Made by a program: the position numbers and the translations under genes
Shown here: in pieces, positions 38,601 to 51,184 of the stretch
Numbering within the stretch: the stretch's first letter is position 1
Layout: every line of letters starts with the position of its first letter
The notes under the pieces: model-generated
Database searches by the model: none
Told to the model about the DNA's origin: nothing
What the model saw: only the letters and a program-made list of their open reading frames with translations
Assembly: GCA_024679065.1 (NCBI GenBank)
Contig: JAGIQG010000010.1
Coordinates: 64,914,001-64,978,000 of the forward strand
Origin: Sphyrna mokarran
Taxonomy: Eukaryota
Length of the DNA stretch: 64,000 bases
Reading direction: 5' to 3'

Positions 38601-39927
38601 AGTCCTTGAGACTGTGTGTTGGAAACCCATTTCTCCTGCTTCTGTTAACGTTTCTCTTTCTCGGTGTCTTCAGTCTCTCTCCTTATAATATTTATTTCCA
38701 GTTTAATGTTCAGTTCTGCCCTCAGAAAGTAGTTTGAGACATCAAGCCTGCTTTTAAATTATGCACGGCTCATACTATTGCTGCTGGTGTGGTTTTCATG
38801 CATTTGGATGCAAGCCAAATATAAAACTGCCAGGGTTTGCTAAAACCAGCCATTGGAAATGTAGCTGTTTCTGGCTCTTCATGAATCCCAGCTATTTGCA
38901 TTTGAGTTTCAAGAGCCATGCTTCTACAAACTGGCTGAGGTAGTGCAGGCCTCGCAAACTGTAAGAACAGTTTCATTCATCTGATGAACAGCACTATAAG
39001 TAAGGTGCTGTCTTGATTGTAATACAACTTGTGGTTGTAATTTATGGCTCGGGTTTATTTATTGGTGGCAGTTATAGTTTCTGTCTGAGTTTATATTTTC
39101 TGTCTGTGGTTATGTTTTTTTTGGTACTGATTATGTTTTCCAATTGTGGTTAATTTCTGCTTCATGGTTTCTTTACATAGCAGTGTGCGCTATGCCATAA
39201 CAAATTCACTATCTCAATATTTTTAATAATATAGCTTTCAACAAAAAGCGAATAGTTTATAGGCACCTGTTCTATTGGGATCAAATTTGGTTTCAGATAC
39301 CACACAACTTCATACACCTTATTTAAAGATATTTATGCATGATTTACTACAAGACAACAGGACCATGGTAGTGGGGTCAAGTTAGGGCAACATTTACAAC
39401 ACAGTTTGTACAACAAACCTTTGGTTCCTCTGGCTCAAGGTGGTCTGCCCTTCAGTCACTGGTACAGTTTGCAGTCACCAGATTGACCTGCCATTCTGAT
39501 TTATGCCTGGGAGTAGCCAGCCAAGATCCCACAAAAAGGCCTTTGTGAAGAAATAGAATGGATGAACTACCCTGTGAACCAGTCTTTTGTTACCCACATT
39601 CTAGCAATTGCGGCCTTATTCAGTGTTGGAGGAACCACTGTGGTTGGGGATGTGGAATAAGGTGTGACAAAGCAAAAGGGTTATCTTGTAAAAAAAGATC
39701 TTGACCTTGGTTAGTTCCCGTTCTGTTTCGCTGTGGAGTGTCCTCCTGTAACCAGTCTTTGAATGTTACTGTATTTTATAATCAAACCTTTCCAACAATA
39801 TTTCAGGGCAGTTGTGGCATTTAATTTTTATAGTTCAGGCGTTTAGTTTTGTTTGTTGGTTATAGAAAGGTTTAAGCTTTTTTTTTCCATTGATCAATCT
39901 GATTCAGTGAGGAGGTGAGGGATTTTC

Positions 39928-40242
39928 ACAGAAATCCTATAATGCAGAAAGAGGCCATTTGGCCCAAAGAGTCTGCTCTGACCATAATCCCATCCAGGCT
40001 GTACCTGTTAGTCCCTCTAACCTTCGCATCTCAGGACACTAAAGAGCAATTTCAGCGTGGCCAATCAACCCTAACCTGCACATCTTTGGAATGTGGGAGG
40101 AAACTGGAGCATCCAGAGGAAACCCGCGCAGTCACGGGGAGAACATGCAAACTCCACACAGACAGTGATGCAAGCCAGGAATCAAACCCAGGTCCCTGGA
40201 GCCGTGAATTAGCAGTGCTTACCACTGTGCTACCATGCTACC
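39928..40242 (-). mobile_element. HE1 V-SINE inserted in a MITE
   Basis: Full reverse HE1 (gggaggaaactggagcatccagaggaaacccgcgcag; ggaatcaaacccagg). Confidence 0.9.
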
Positions 40243-40413
40243 TTGTGGCAGGAGGCAGTGTGTCGTTCCCCAGCAGCGGGATCTTCTGGTCCCATCGCTG
40301 TTAGTGGGATTTGCCATCGACTGTGCTGCATGCCTCTGGGAAACCAACGGCAGGGTGCGTCATTTACAGGACCAGAAGATCTGACCAGAGTGAACAGTTG
40401 GAAAATTCTGGCC
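40243..40413. mobile_element. Short Harbinger-type MITE (left TIR displaced to about 39914-39927)
   Basis: Internal inverted pair gggatcttctggtcc / ggaccagaagatc and right TIR ggaaaattctggcc. Same family as 49257-49453. Confidence 0.6.
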
Positions 40414-40508
40414 AGTTTTCAGAAACAGTTAAATCCTAAATCCTAGATGTGAGATTTTTAGGAATGCCGCATAGCTTTGAGGTATTCTAACTATATGTGA
40501 GAAATCTA

Positions 40509-40918
40509 AATCATGGCTGACTTTCAACCTCAGGTATACTTTCCTGTACAATCTCCATATCCCTCAATTCAATTTCTTGTGTGTTCAAAATTCTATCAAT
40601 CTCTGATTTGAATATACTCAACCATTGGTGATCCATAGCTGTCTGTAGTTGAGAATTCCAAAGATTCACAGTCCTTTGAGTGAAGAAATTTCTTTTCATC
40701 TCAATCCTAAATGGGCAACTCCATTTATTCTGAGACTGTGACTCATGTTTGAGATTCCCTAGCCCAGAGAAGCATCTTCCCATCATTTATTCCCTCAAAC
40801 CCTTTTAGACTTTTAAATGTTTCAATGAAATATCCGATGGCTTAATTGACTTAATTCTTCCTCACCGGACTATCCCCTCAATCCAGGAATCAGCTCAATA
40901 AACACTTGTTGCACTCTT
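40509..40918 (-). mobile_element. CR1 LINE 3' fragment
   Basis: ORF 40511-40786(-) PFRIEMKRNFFTQRTVNLWNSQ..SIFKSEIDRIL. Confidence 0.85.
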
Positions 40919-40919
40919 T

Positions 40920-41268
40920 CATAGAATCATAGAAACCCTACAGAGCAGAGAAATAGGCCATTCGGCCCATTGAGTTTGCATCGACTTTATTCCCACCCAG
41001 GCCCTGCCCCATATTCCCACATATATTACCCACTAATACTTCTAACCTACGCATCTCAAGATACTAAGGGGTAATTTTAGCATGGCCAATCAACCTAACC
41101 CACACATCTTTGGACCGTGGGAGAAAACCAGAGCACCTGGAGAAAACCCTCACAGACAACAGGAGAATGTGCAAACTCCACACAGACAGTGACCCAAAGC
41201 GGGAATCAAACCCAGGTCCCTGGAACTGTGAAGCAGCAGTACTAACCGCTGTGCTACCGTGCCACCCC
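40920..41268 (-). mobile_element. HE1 V-SINE, full length
   Basis: On minus: head gggtggcacggtagcacagcggttagtactgctgc, B-box ggtttgattcc, V-domain, and HER1 tail ending (ctatgatt)n. Confidence 0.92.
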
Positions 41269-41377
41269 TTATAAAACAAGTGTTTCCTGCACTGCTTTGG
41301 TCTCCTTGCCCAAGGAAGATTAGTTCCAGTGTGGTCTCCCCAAGCCCCTAAATAATTCACCAGATCACCAAATTACT

Positions 41378-41563
41378 GCAACATGGAAGGAGGCCATTCA
41401 GCCTCCATGTCTGTGCAAACTCTCTATAGGGACAATTTACCTACTGCCACTTTCTCACCTTCTTCCCTTAGTCCTGAACATCCTTCCTATTCAGTAATAA
41501 TCCACATCCCTCTTGAATGTTCAGTTGAATGTGCGTCTGCCACATTCTCAGACAGTACATTCC
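41378..41563 (-). mobile_element. CR1 3' tail fragment
   Basis: ggaaggaggccattcagcc..; ccctcttgaatg..gccacattctcagacagtacattcc. Confidence 0.6.
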
Positions 41564-41790
41564 TGTTTGGCAAGAGAGGGGTGCAGAACATTGTGGCATC
41601 CAGCAGGTGTTCAAGGAAGGTGCGGCTGAACGTGAGGGCTGCCATCTTCTTTCAGGACTACGTCTTCAGTGAAGAAGTCCTGGGCTGTGTGCTGCTGCTG
41701 AACACAGCGGCTGGAGTGAGGGAGCAGTGATGGCAGGGTAGGTCAATCTGAGGCTTCTCACCTGCCATCTGGTGCATGCATAATTAATGA
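41564..41790 (-). mobile_element. Harbinger Myb/SANT-like ORF N-terminal remnant
   Basis: Minus strand reads KMAALTFSRTFLEHLLDA..NVLHP, similar to the Harbinger accessory protein start AAPRFSDASLERLLDAV..DVLYP. Confidence 0.5.
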
Positions 41791-41824
41791 ATTGAGAGGT
41801 GGATGATATAGTGCAGAAACGTGC

Positions 41825-43135
41825 CATTGCTGTCGATGGTAAAAATGCTGTTTTTTACACTTGTTCTTGTCCTTATTGCAAGGAGGGGAAACCCCATCCA
41901 GCGTTCACTGGGAGCTTAGTACGTCTAACTTGTCTTGCTGCTGCTTGCAAAGTGCTGACAAGTCATGGGAGTAATGTATCATGTCCTGTTGATATGGTAT
42001 TGATTGATAGCAGTTTAAGATATGTTCTCTTAAAGGGTGCATGTCATCATATCATAACATCCCCTTTTGATGTATCCTGAAAAAATCAAACTATTTCCAT
42101 GACAATCAAACAGCGTCATGTCTAAAAGTATCTCCACACTGAGGAATAAATTTACAAATATCTGAAGCCATTGGCAGTTTGTTTATCTGTCCAGATTTAG
42201 TCACGGTGGTACTTGCTTGTGGCTGCAGTATGTTTTCAGAATGCTGGTTAGGATTGCTCTGTGTGTCGCACCGTAGACTGTGCTCTAGTCACAGTAGAAC
42301 TGCAATGTGTTTCTGATTGTGATATTGTCCTGATTTGCCATCTGTTTCGTCACACTGTCAGGCCTGTCTGTGTTCGTCCTTGATACAATCTTGTTTGTGG
42401 TGATTTCTGCTGGATTCCAGGCTGGATGTTGTATTCGAACCTTCTGTCCGATGTTCAAGCTGGAGAATTCATTACCTTTATGCTGGTCAAGGGCATCTTT
42501 CATCAATCCCTGTTTTTCGAATAATGCATCAAATACTCCTGAGAATATCGACGAGTGATGACTGGGGAATGCTGGCTGCACTTGTCTGCGAATAGTAATC
42601 TGTGTTGGTTCCACAGTGCGATGGAATGTGCATATTTGGAATGGGTATACATAGTTGGTTCACGATGTACTTTGCAACTTGTTTGCTGATTGCAGAGATA
42701 GGTAATATTCTCCGGGCAACAGTACAGTGTTTCTAAATATGTTCCTTGTGGTTCGTAGTACATGGATTTCAGTGTGTGAAGTGGAAGCACTGGCACCTGT
42801 ATCCATTTTAGCATTTAATTTATGTTGAACCTGCATCTATGGCATATAATCTGGATGGTGTCAAAGGCTTCTGTTGGAATCACTGTGCCACAACATGCTT
42901 TGATATTCATCATGCTGAATTTTGGCTCACTTTGTGCTGGTCGCCCTACTTATCTGACTGCACAATTGGCAAGATATTTTGTGGACCTTGTCTATGTTAT
43001 TTATATGTGTTCTTGATTAATTGGAATACCATGCCTGTTTGACGTTAGGTTGTGGTTTCTTGTAATGTCAAATCGCTTGTGGTGGCCTTTGCTTTTTGTA
43101 GTGACATTTCCAACATCTCTGGTAGGTCATTTGTA
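41825..43135 (-). mobile_element. Internally deleted Gypsy-like LTR retrotransposon remnant
   Basis: Aspartic protease motif AKMDTGAS (DTGA at 42792-42803). Integrase C-terminal-like LLF/RQV..PSHH..LNIGQKVRIQ..WNPAEI (ORF 42285-42614). Polypurine tract aaaagggga abuts TGTTATG, a putative 3' LTR start at 42059. Confidence 0.7.
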
Positions 43136-43139
43136 AGAG

Positions 43140-43420
43140 TGGGGCAGAGTGTGTCCTGCTTCTGCTCCACTCATCCAGCATCCTGATGAGGGCTCCCTGT
43201 GTAAAGCCTGATGCTGCTTTCTTGCCTGCCACCTCCAGCAGTCAGTGTCACTTGGGAGTCTTGCTGTGGAGTTGCAGCAATTCAGTTGTTGCGGGCTGGG
43301 CAAATCAGAGCAGCATGAAGCTCATGGGCATAAAAATGATGACTAATGAGACATAAAAGAAGGCCCAAAAACACATCAGTGCCACTGGTGGGAAACATTC
43401 CGGCTGGCATGCTTCCCAAG
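43140..43420 (-). mobile_element. Second Harbinger Myb/SANT-like ORF N-terminal remnant
   Basis: Minus strand 43142-43230 reads GKKAASGFTQGALIRMLD(fs)VEQKQDTLCP, resembling AAPRFT..DLARLLDAVEERRDTLFP. Confidence 0.5.
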
Positions 43421-44270
43421 AAATTCTAAGTCTCCCATTTGTGGAAAAAGTCCCACTGGTTTTTTAAAGCATGATTTCTAGAATGAATCTCCGACACTGT
43501 GAGCAATGCAGGATGTCTCACTCTGAAAATCAGCTGGGAGCAGGATCTATTCCCACTCGAGAGGCCAGCAGCAAGTGGGCCACTGTCAACACCGGGATCA
43601 GTACATGCGTGGGGGCCCCGCATTGCCAGCCTCCAGGTCACTAGTTCCGATCACTGGCCTCCCATACCTCTTCAGCCCAGCCCTGATGTCCTCCCAACCC
43701 TGGGTAATCCTGATTTCCCCGACCGAAATTCCCCACCCAGGTGGTCTATCCTAATCATATCTTCCCTCCCTCTACCTCCAATCCCCATTGCAGAGTGGTA
43801 GTGGCTCTGCACTTGGCACTGCTTTATGGGCAAGGTTCTCCTTGGTGGTATCAGGGTGGCACTGCTTACGGGGCATCCACCCCTTACCCCAACCTCCTGG
43901 GGCCTCAGTGGCGCCTCTTTCCTCCAGCAGAGTCTGGCTGCCTGTTCCCCATTTACGCTGGAAACCTGCTGGGGTGAATCACTCCTGGTTGGAGGCGCAA
44001 GGAAAACACTTGCAGGCCTGGAGAAATCAGTTCTGGGCCCACTAATGAAATGGAAATGTTGATTTCCATATTGTAATCAGCTCTGCACCGAACATTGGTT
44101 CGGAGCTGATTAGGCAGGAAATCCTAAGATGAGAGACATGTGGAGGCTGTGGTGCCCAGCAGGAAGCCCACAAAACAGCTTCCGTTGATGCTCAAGGGGG
44201 CTGGGAAAATCACCCCCTCCGTATATCGCGCTAAAAACAGCACTCTGCAATTTTTTGGTAAGATTTTGCC
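43420..44270. mobile_element. Non-autonomous Harbinger-type element
   Basis: Right TIR gtaagattttgcc. The GC/C-rich interior (gtggcactg, gggca motifs) resembles 13745-14806. The left TIR is unclear. Confidence 0.5.
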
Positions 44271-45289
44271 GATGAATTCCAGACTGAACTTCCTGAAGTT
44301 CAACCTCACTCATAATTGAACTTCACGCATTGACCATATTTTTTCTGAATTTTCAAGACAGTTATCAGATAGACCTGACATTTTCAATCTTGGGAGGTCT
44401 TCATTGCCTACAGCAATTTTAATTCTTATACCTTGTTTATTCGATTCAAAAATAATGAGGCCCAGAAATTGATAGCTCAATGTGTTGTAGAACAAGGTGG
44501 ATTCTGATCTGAGATCCATCATTTTCCAGCTTAAAAATTACTGTGGGCACTGCTGATGCGATGTCTGACATTTTCCTGTGCATTATTTTAATGCTAACAT
44601 GGACATCATCAAAGCAGGTAGATTAGCACTTGTTTTGAAACATTGCCTAATATTAGGACTATGACTTCTAGGCATGTGTATTATACTGTGGAGAGAGATA
44701 GATGAACGAAACATACCGGCTACATAGAGTAACTTCATAACAAGTTAGTGAAACATTATTCCTCATTGCAACATGGCAATAAAACAGTGAATACTGTATC
44801 ATTTGGCAAAGTATAAATATTTCATTCATATTCAACTCTTTCACATTTTTTTCTCTTTATCATGTTCTTTTTCTCTCCTGTTCTGCCCTGCCTTTTCTGT
44901 CTTATTTACTCTCTCACTTCCTCTTTCTTTGAGTTTTCATATTTTGCCTTATAACTACTGTGCATCAAGATACAGTCCCAAAGCAATCCAGTGTTCAACA
45001 TCTTCTCCTGGTCCGCATTCAGAATGTCTTATGCTGTTCTTTTGTCTGAAACTTATTTTTAGCCATTCCTATTTTGCCTTGGGGTAAGGCCTGAAAGAAA
45101 GCTTTCCTTCCCACTCAGCACCTTCCCACTCAACTCCATCTCCTAGATCACATACTAGCTGGTATTGTTCTAGGCCCCCTCTCTTCAGAGAACGTCCCTT
45201 TCCCTTTCAGAGCCCCTTGGTCATTTCTCTCCTCATCCTTGAACCATTCATTCTCTGTAAGTGCCTCTTGAACTCTCACTTTTTATTTT

Positions 45290-45480
45290 CCATCTAAGGT
45301 TCTTGAATGCATTATTATTTCCCAGCCATGAGTGTCAATCACATACACCTTTTCTGAAATGGGCCCAGTCTAATTCCTGTACTGCTGACTGCACCTAGAT
45401 TGCCTAGGCCAAAGTACCAATGATATGTTCTGGTGTCTGTGACAATGTCTATCCCTTGTCCCTTGCCTATATGTTTGTCT
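45290..45480 (+). mobile_element. Old L2 RT fragment
   Basis: SKVLECIIISQ and AKVxND-like segments of the L2 RT domain. Confidence 0.4.
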
Positions 45481-45684
45481 CAGTAGTTAAACTGGACTTT
45501 GAGTTTGCAAGTTATGGGTTGAAGAGCTATTTTATTTCACTGCATAGACTGACACTTCAAGGCAGTATTAAGGGAGGCAACTCCATTGTTGGATTTGCCA
45601 TCATTCAGAGGAGTTTTAAACCAGCACTACCTACTTAACCATTCAGATGGATGTCAAACAACGTATGGTACAAAGAATGAAGAA

Positions 45685-45875
45685 TTTTCCCAGTACCTAG
45701 TCAGTATTCAATCCTCAGTCAACATTACCAATATAGATTAACTGGTTTTCTGTCTCATTTACTGCTTGTGAAACCTTTTCCTATAAAATGATTACACTTC
45801 AAAGATAATTCTTTGGCTATGAACTGCTGTGGCCCACCCTGAGGTTGTGAAAGGCACTATAAAAAAAATCCTTCT
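45685..45875 (+). mobile_element. Deu-SINE 3' fragment
   Basis: atcctcagtcaacattacc..agattaactggt..cttcaaag..ttggctatgaa..cctgaggttgtgaaaggcactat. Confidence 0.55.
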
Positions 45876-47228
45876 TTGAAAATAAATTCAACCAATTTTT
45901 TTCAACTAAGGCTATGATTACTGTCCCCCGCTCCTCATCATCTCTTTCTTCATGGTTCAGTGTCCGATTTCTCTATATCTACCCCCGTTTGCAAAGTGTC
46001 TGGGGACCAAGCTTGTGCATCAGAGAGACAATAAATACAAGTTGTTGTTAAAGGGCGTGTGTAGTCCTGGAGCTCAGCTGCTTGAGAGCAGTTGAGTAAA
46101 GCAAGGAGTCCCTGTGGGATGCTGTCTGTGAAATCGATCACCCTTGATGTGAGACCTTGCACTTTAGTTATTCACTGATGGGGTAGAACTGAATGTGAAA
46201 TTGCATTCTATTATTTCTCACTTCGTGCTGCCTCAGAGTGTAAATCGATTCTCAGCAGGGAGGAAGGAGGATACAGATAATATGATTGGAGCTGCTTTAC
46301 ACTTTCTGCATCCCTGATATCTTCTGCTGAAGATGTTTTCATTCTAGGTGGTATACGATACTTTCTAAAATGTGGTCCCTGATAGAATCATTACAACAGT
46401 GTGTACTTTGTTGGAACGGTCATAAATTCAACTGGTAAATGTAACTGTTTCAGTCTTTGAGCACCTAAAAAAAAAGTCTCTAACAGCTGATCAAAAATAC
46501 TTTCATTTATAAAATATGAACACAAAAATGATACATCTCATCCATCAAATTATGGCTGTCTTACAGCTCCAGTACACCCATCAAACCATTTGAAGAAATC
46601 CCATCTTGTTTTTCTGTTTCAGGTAAATAGACACTGTGAAAAGGAAAGGAGAAATGAGCTACATTTCAATTTATTTCCCTTGAAGGCATGAATCCATTAG
46701 GTTTTTTTCCGAAGACCCTCCCAATCCTCCTGGGCCAAGCACTGCCGACATCTGAGAGGGCTGGTGACCTCTGTAAAAGTCACAGTGAACCAGGTTCCTA
46801 AGAGGCTTGTGACAAAGGCCATGGCATATGTATCTGTGTAATGTTTCCTGCCTTTGTGAATGTGCCTGGGCTTCACATAGGGCCTTACAGAGCTGCATTA
46901 CTGAGATCAAAGACTCACTAGCAAGGAGAATCAAACCTGCAGCCTCGCTTCCCTAATGTGCATAGACTTGTTCAATTTTGAATCAGCATCTGATATTGGG
47001 ATGCAGATTCCAGCTCCCTTAATATTAATGAATGGTGGGATAATCTAAATTTACACACAGATTCAATAATTTTGTACAAGAAATGTAAAAATGGCCAGGT
47101 TTCTGAAGTTCTTGAGCTTGACTGAACTTTTGTCACAAGTTGTAACTGGCACAAAATATATCATAATATAAAGAAATTGTTACATTTAATTATATTTCAC
47201 TTCCGTTTTTATTTAATGAGATGTCAGT

Positions 47229-47405
47229 TAGAATCATAGAATCCTACAGTGCAGAATGAGGCCATCCGGTCCATTGAGCCTGCACTGACCACAATTCCAC
47301 CCAGATGCCATCCCCATAACCCCACGCATTTACCCTAACTAGTCCCCCTGATACTAAGAAGCAATTTAGCTTGGCCAATCTACCTAACTTGCACATCTTT
47401 GGACT
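47229..47405 (-). mobile_element. HE1 SINE 3' half (5'-truncated)
   Basis: tagaatcatagaatcctacagtgcaga..caatttagcttggccaatctacctaacttgcacatctttggact. Confidence 0.85.
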
Positions 47406-48249
47406 AAAATCTTATTATTAAATTATCTTGACACTATAGTGTCCTGGAATGGCTGGGAGACTACCAGATTTATAGTCATCTCCTGGTGGCAATTAAAAGC
47501 ATCCAGTAGATTGTAAAATGATAATTCTGTGATTCCATTCTGTAATCACAGTCCTCAGTCAATGTTCATTCACAGATGTTAAAGATTGCGTTTGTAGTGC
47601 AATGTGATAACACAAGCGGAACTGACAGGACTGCACATATGTACAGCACACACAAACATTGCTGCAGCTGCTATCTGACTTCTCTTTTGGCCATCGAGTA
47701 TGTTTGAGCCTTGAACCAAAGTCCTGGAACCCGAGGTCAAAGTGAGTACTGCTGCAGTGGAATAGTTAGTTTGATTAAAAAGGCATAAAATGTCTGTTGT
47801 CTTAAGACAGCATTATCAATGGAGCTGCTGATTAAGCACATTTTCTTTGTGAAGTCACATTCACTTGGTTGAAAAAATGTTTGATTCAGTAAGTTGTGAC
47901 TTAGAACCAGCATTGAAATGGTAGCGACTAAGCAGGAATTGGGGACTTAGGCCCTGGTTAAAGCCTGGGCCATTCCTGCACCCAAATCAGTTGTTAAGGT
48001 TTGAACACATTACATTAATCTCGAGGAGATGGTGAACCAGAGTGTCGCCAATTTTAATGAGGTGCAATTTCATTTGTTTTCCAATGTTCTTGGAACATTG
48101 AGCACAACTCATGTTAGAAGCCAGAATTAAACCTTTAAGAGACTCCAAAGGAGTAAAAGGCAAAACCAAACAGAGAAATAAAAACTGGAGTTGCGAGAAC
48201 GGCCAGTGGAAGTGGGTAAAAAAATGACTGGGTGGCTGAGAAATTAAAA

Positions 48250-48345
48250 ACAGTAAAATGCTGGAAAAACTCAGCAGGTATGTCAGCATTGGTGGAGAGA
48301 AAAACAGTAATGTTTTAGGTCCAATTTGATTCTCTGGAACTTCAG
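48250..48345. mobile_element. Penelope-type terminal repeat fragment
   Basis: aaatgctggaaaaactcagcagg..cagcattggtggagagaaaaacag; same motif as at 50515 and 57200. Confidence 0.55.
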
Positions 48346-49034
48346 GCAGATGAACATTTGGGCCGGTGAAGAAAATCACCCACTTTCACCATGCTGCCAG
48401 TTTGCTGTGACTTCTGCCAACATCTTTTGGAGTTTGCCCAGCCAGAGCTGGAAACTCTACCTGGCACTTATGCCAACACTGAACATTTCCCCTTTTGGCA
48501 CAGGACGGATAGAACTCCCTTTTCTCTGTCTCAGCAACGAGGTAACAATTTCTCTGTTTTTTATGAAAAAAAGCAAGCCAAGGATTGTGAAAATATTTTC
48601 TGTTTGGACAGTAGCCTGGATTTTTGTTTTGTGAAGCCTGCTTTATTTTGGCTGATATGGTTGCAGAAACAAAGCAGTTAGGCTTCATGCACTATCTCGT
48701 AGGGTAGGCGCGCACACAAAAGCGGATCATAGTGCTGAAACTAGAATAAAGTCCCATAAATGGGAAGCATCATAAGGGGAAACATCACTGAACTTAGAGA
48801 TCCTGAAAGCCTGTCGAGATTAGAGGTGACTCCCATTGACCTACAACACTCAGTTATTAAGGTAATTATTAACATTTAATAATTGAATAAATAATAAAGG
48901 ATTACCCTCTTGGAATTTCAGTATTTCCATGCCCTGAGGAAGAAGATGACATGAAGATGTGTGATGCTTTTAGTGCTCTTCCAGTTTGTGTGAATGCTGA
49001 TGCCTCCAACTTGGCCAACATCATTAAATCATTG

Positions 49035-49250
49035 AAACAATGACTTGCATTTATATAGAACCTTTTAATGTAATCAAACATCACAGAGTGCTTCACAGAA
49101 GTATTATTAAACAAACTGTCACACCAAGAGACAAAGTGATACTAGGGTAGGTTAGCAAAAAGCTTGGTCAAAGAGGTGGGTGTTGAGGAACATTTTAAAG
49201 GAGGTAAAGCAGAGAATTGGAGAGGGTTAGAGAGGAAATTCTGAAATTTA
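49035..49250 (-). mobile_element. L2 LINE 3' end
   Basis: acttgcatttatatagaaccttttaatgtaa..aaaagcttggtcaaagaggt is the reverse of the L2 3' ends at 9290-9430 and 23960-24100. Confidence 0.7.
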
Positions 49251-49256
49251 GACATT

Positions 49257-49453
49257 GGCTAGAATTTTCTGGTCATTTTCTTTGGTGGGATCTTCTGGTC
49301 CTGCCGATGACGAGCCACTGCAATTTCGGGATGGGAGGGGATGTGCATAAAACAGAAAACCCCGTTGACAGTGGAGGGACCAGAAGATCCCACCACCTGT
49401 TATTGGTGGGCTGCCTTCCACCATATGAAACATGCAGCATGGAAAATCCCGCT
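49257..49453. mobile_element. Short Harbinger-type MITE
   Basis: TIRs ggctagaattttct / ggaaaatcccgct and internal inverted repeat ggtgggatcttctggtcc / ggaccagaagatcccacc. Confidence 0.7.
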
Positions 49454-50562
49454 CGATATCTTCGCAATTGTGTGGTGACCACGCTGGCACTGATGCCTGT
49501 TCCACAAGTCTTATACTATCTGCATTACCTTTCTCTAGAGTGTCCTTTCTTACTTACAGACTCTTCCCTTGCTGCTATTTTCTTCAACATCAAATCAGTG
49601 AAAGCTTCTGAACTCTTTGTAGACTTGGTGGAAACTCCTAATGTTGGTTAATTTTCTACCATTCTACACTCACTGTGTTGCAGTCTGTCTCCTTAACAAC
49701 TGGTTGTTTTCCAACCTTTAAGCTGCAGCTGCACTGCACTTGGCTCCCTCCTACCAAAAGAAAACCTTGCGGAAATGGATTTCCTGCAAAATTAATTAGG
49801 TCTCAACCCCAAGAACATGCTGTTGGTTTCTGTAACGTTCACGTAAGCAAACCGGAGACCCGCTTGGCTTTCAGTGAGCCTAGGGTATTCTCGACCATGC
49901 TGTTAGAACTTGTCTACTGTCTTACTAGAATCAGCAAGCAGAGGAAAGCTTCACAAGTTCATTTAAAATGCATGACTTGGAGCAACCAGAGGAATTCTTA
50001 ACCCATCGTGCATCATGATGTTATCAGAGAAGTGCATCCGCTATTGTACTGGAGTGACATTTTCATTTCCTGCACTGACTACCAACAGATTTCCTGCACC
50101 AGCTGATAATATCTGAGACAGATTGTTAATTTAATGCTCAATTATATTCCAGTTCTATCCTTGACACACAGACTTTCAACACGGGATTGAATACAAGTTC
50201 AATCTTGAATTCCAAGGTGAAGAGAGAGTTTGCCTTTTAAAGTGTTTGATATTTAAAAGAAATACTAGTTGTTAGATTCAGTGCTTTGCTGCTACACCGT
50301 TTAAATTTCTTAAGAAACGGCTGCTGAGCATATTTTGCAATTTATATGATAATTAGAATCTTTTTTAATAATCCTTGTAACAAACTGAAGGTGTTGTATC
50401 CTCAGCATGATCAGTAGTGCATTGATATCAAATAGCTTATAAAATGGAGTCTTTTTTAACCATGTCGGTGGTACCTGTTGAAAGGTAAAATAACCAATTC
50501 ACTAGTACAGCAGTAAAAACAGAAAATGTTGGAAAAGCTTTGCAGATTTTGATGGCATCAAT

Positions 50563-50971
50563 GGAGTTTAGAAGAGTGAGAGGGGATCTCATGGAAACTT
50601 ATAAAATTTTAAAAGGATTAGCAGGATAGATTCAGAAAGAATGTCCCTGATGGTGAGGTAGTCCAGAACTAGGGGTCATAATTTGAGGATAAAGAGCAAA
50701 CCTTTTTGGACTGAGGTGAGGAGAAATTTCTTCACCCAGAGGGCAGTGAATGTTTGGAATTCACTGTCACAGAATGTAGTTGAGGCTAAAACATTGTCTG
50801 ATTTCAAGAAGAAATGAGCTCTAGCTCCTGGGCTAAAGGGATCGAGGGATATGGGGGTAAGGTGGAATCATGATATTAAATTTTGATGATCTGCCGCAAT
50901 CAAAATGAATAACAAAGTAAGATCGAAGGGCTGAATGGCCTACTCCTGCTTCTATTTTCAATGTTTCTATG
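50563..50971 (+). mobile_element. CR1 LINE 3' fragment nested in the Penelope remnant
   Basis: EFRRVRGDLMETYKILKGL; VRRNFFTQRAVNVWNSL; tail aatgtttctatg. Confidence 0.9.
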
Positions 50972-51184
50972 AATCAAATATGAATCTTCTTCAGAACTGG
51001 AGAGTAGTAGAAATGTGATGGATTTTATGTTGTTGAAAAAGTGGGATGGGGAAATGTAGCAAAATGGAAGGTCAGGAATAGCTTGGAAAACAGGAGAGAT
51101 TAAATGACAGATATATCATGGAATACATGATACAAGCAGTGATAATAATGGTTAATTAAAAGTATATATTAATAACAGAATAAA

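Noticed and set aside
41195-41268. tRNA gene (A/B boxes)
   Set aside because: The boxes belong to a SINE head and there is no full cloverleaf. The same applies to the other SINE heads.
41383-41730. ORF ending ..QDYVFSEEVLGCVLLLNTAAG, superficially like a C2 domain
   Set aside because: It spans a CR1 tail, and the opposite strand fits a Harbinger Myb/SANT N-terminus better.
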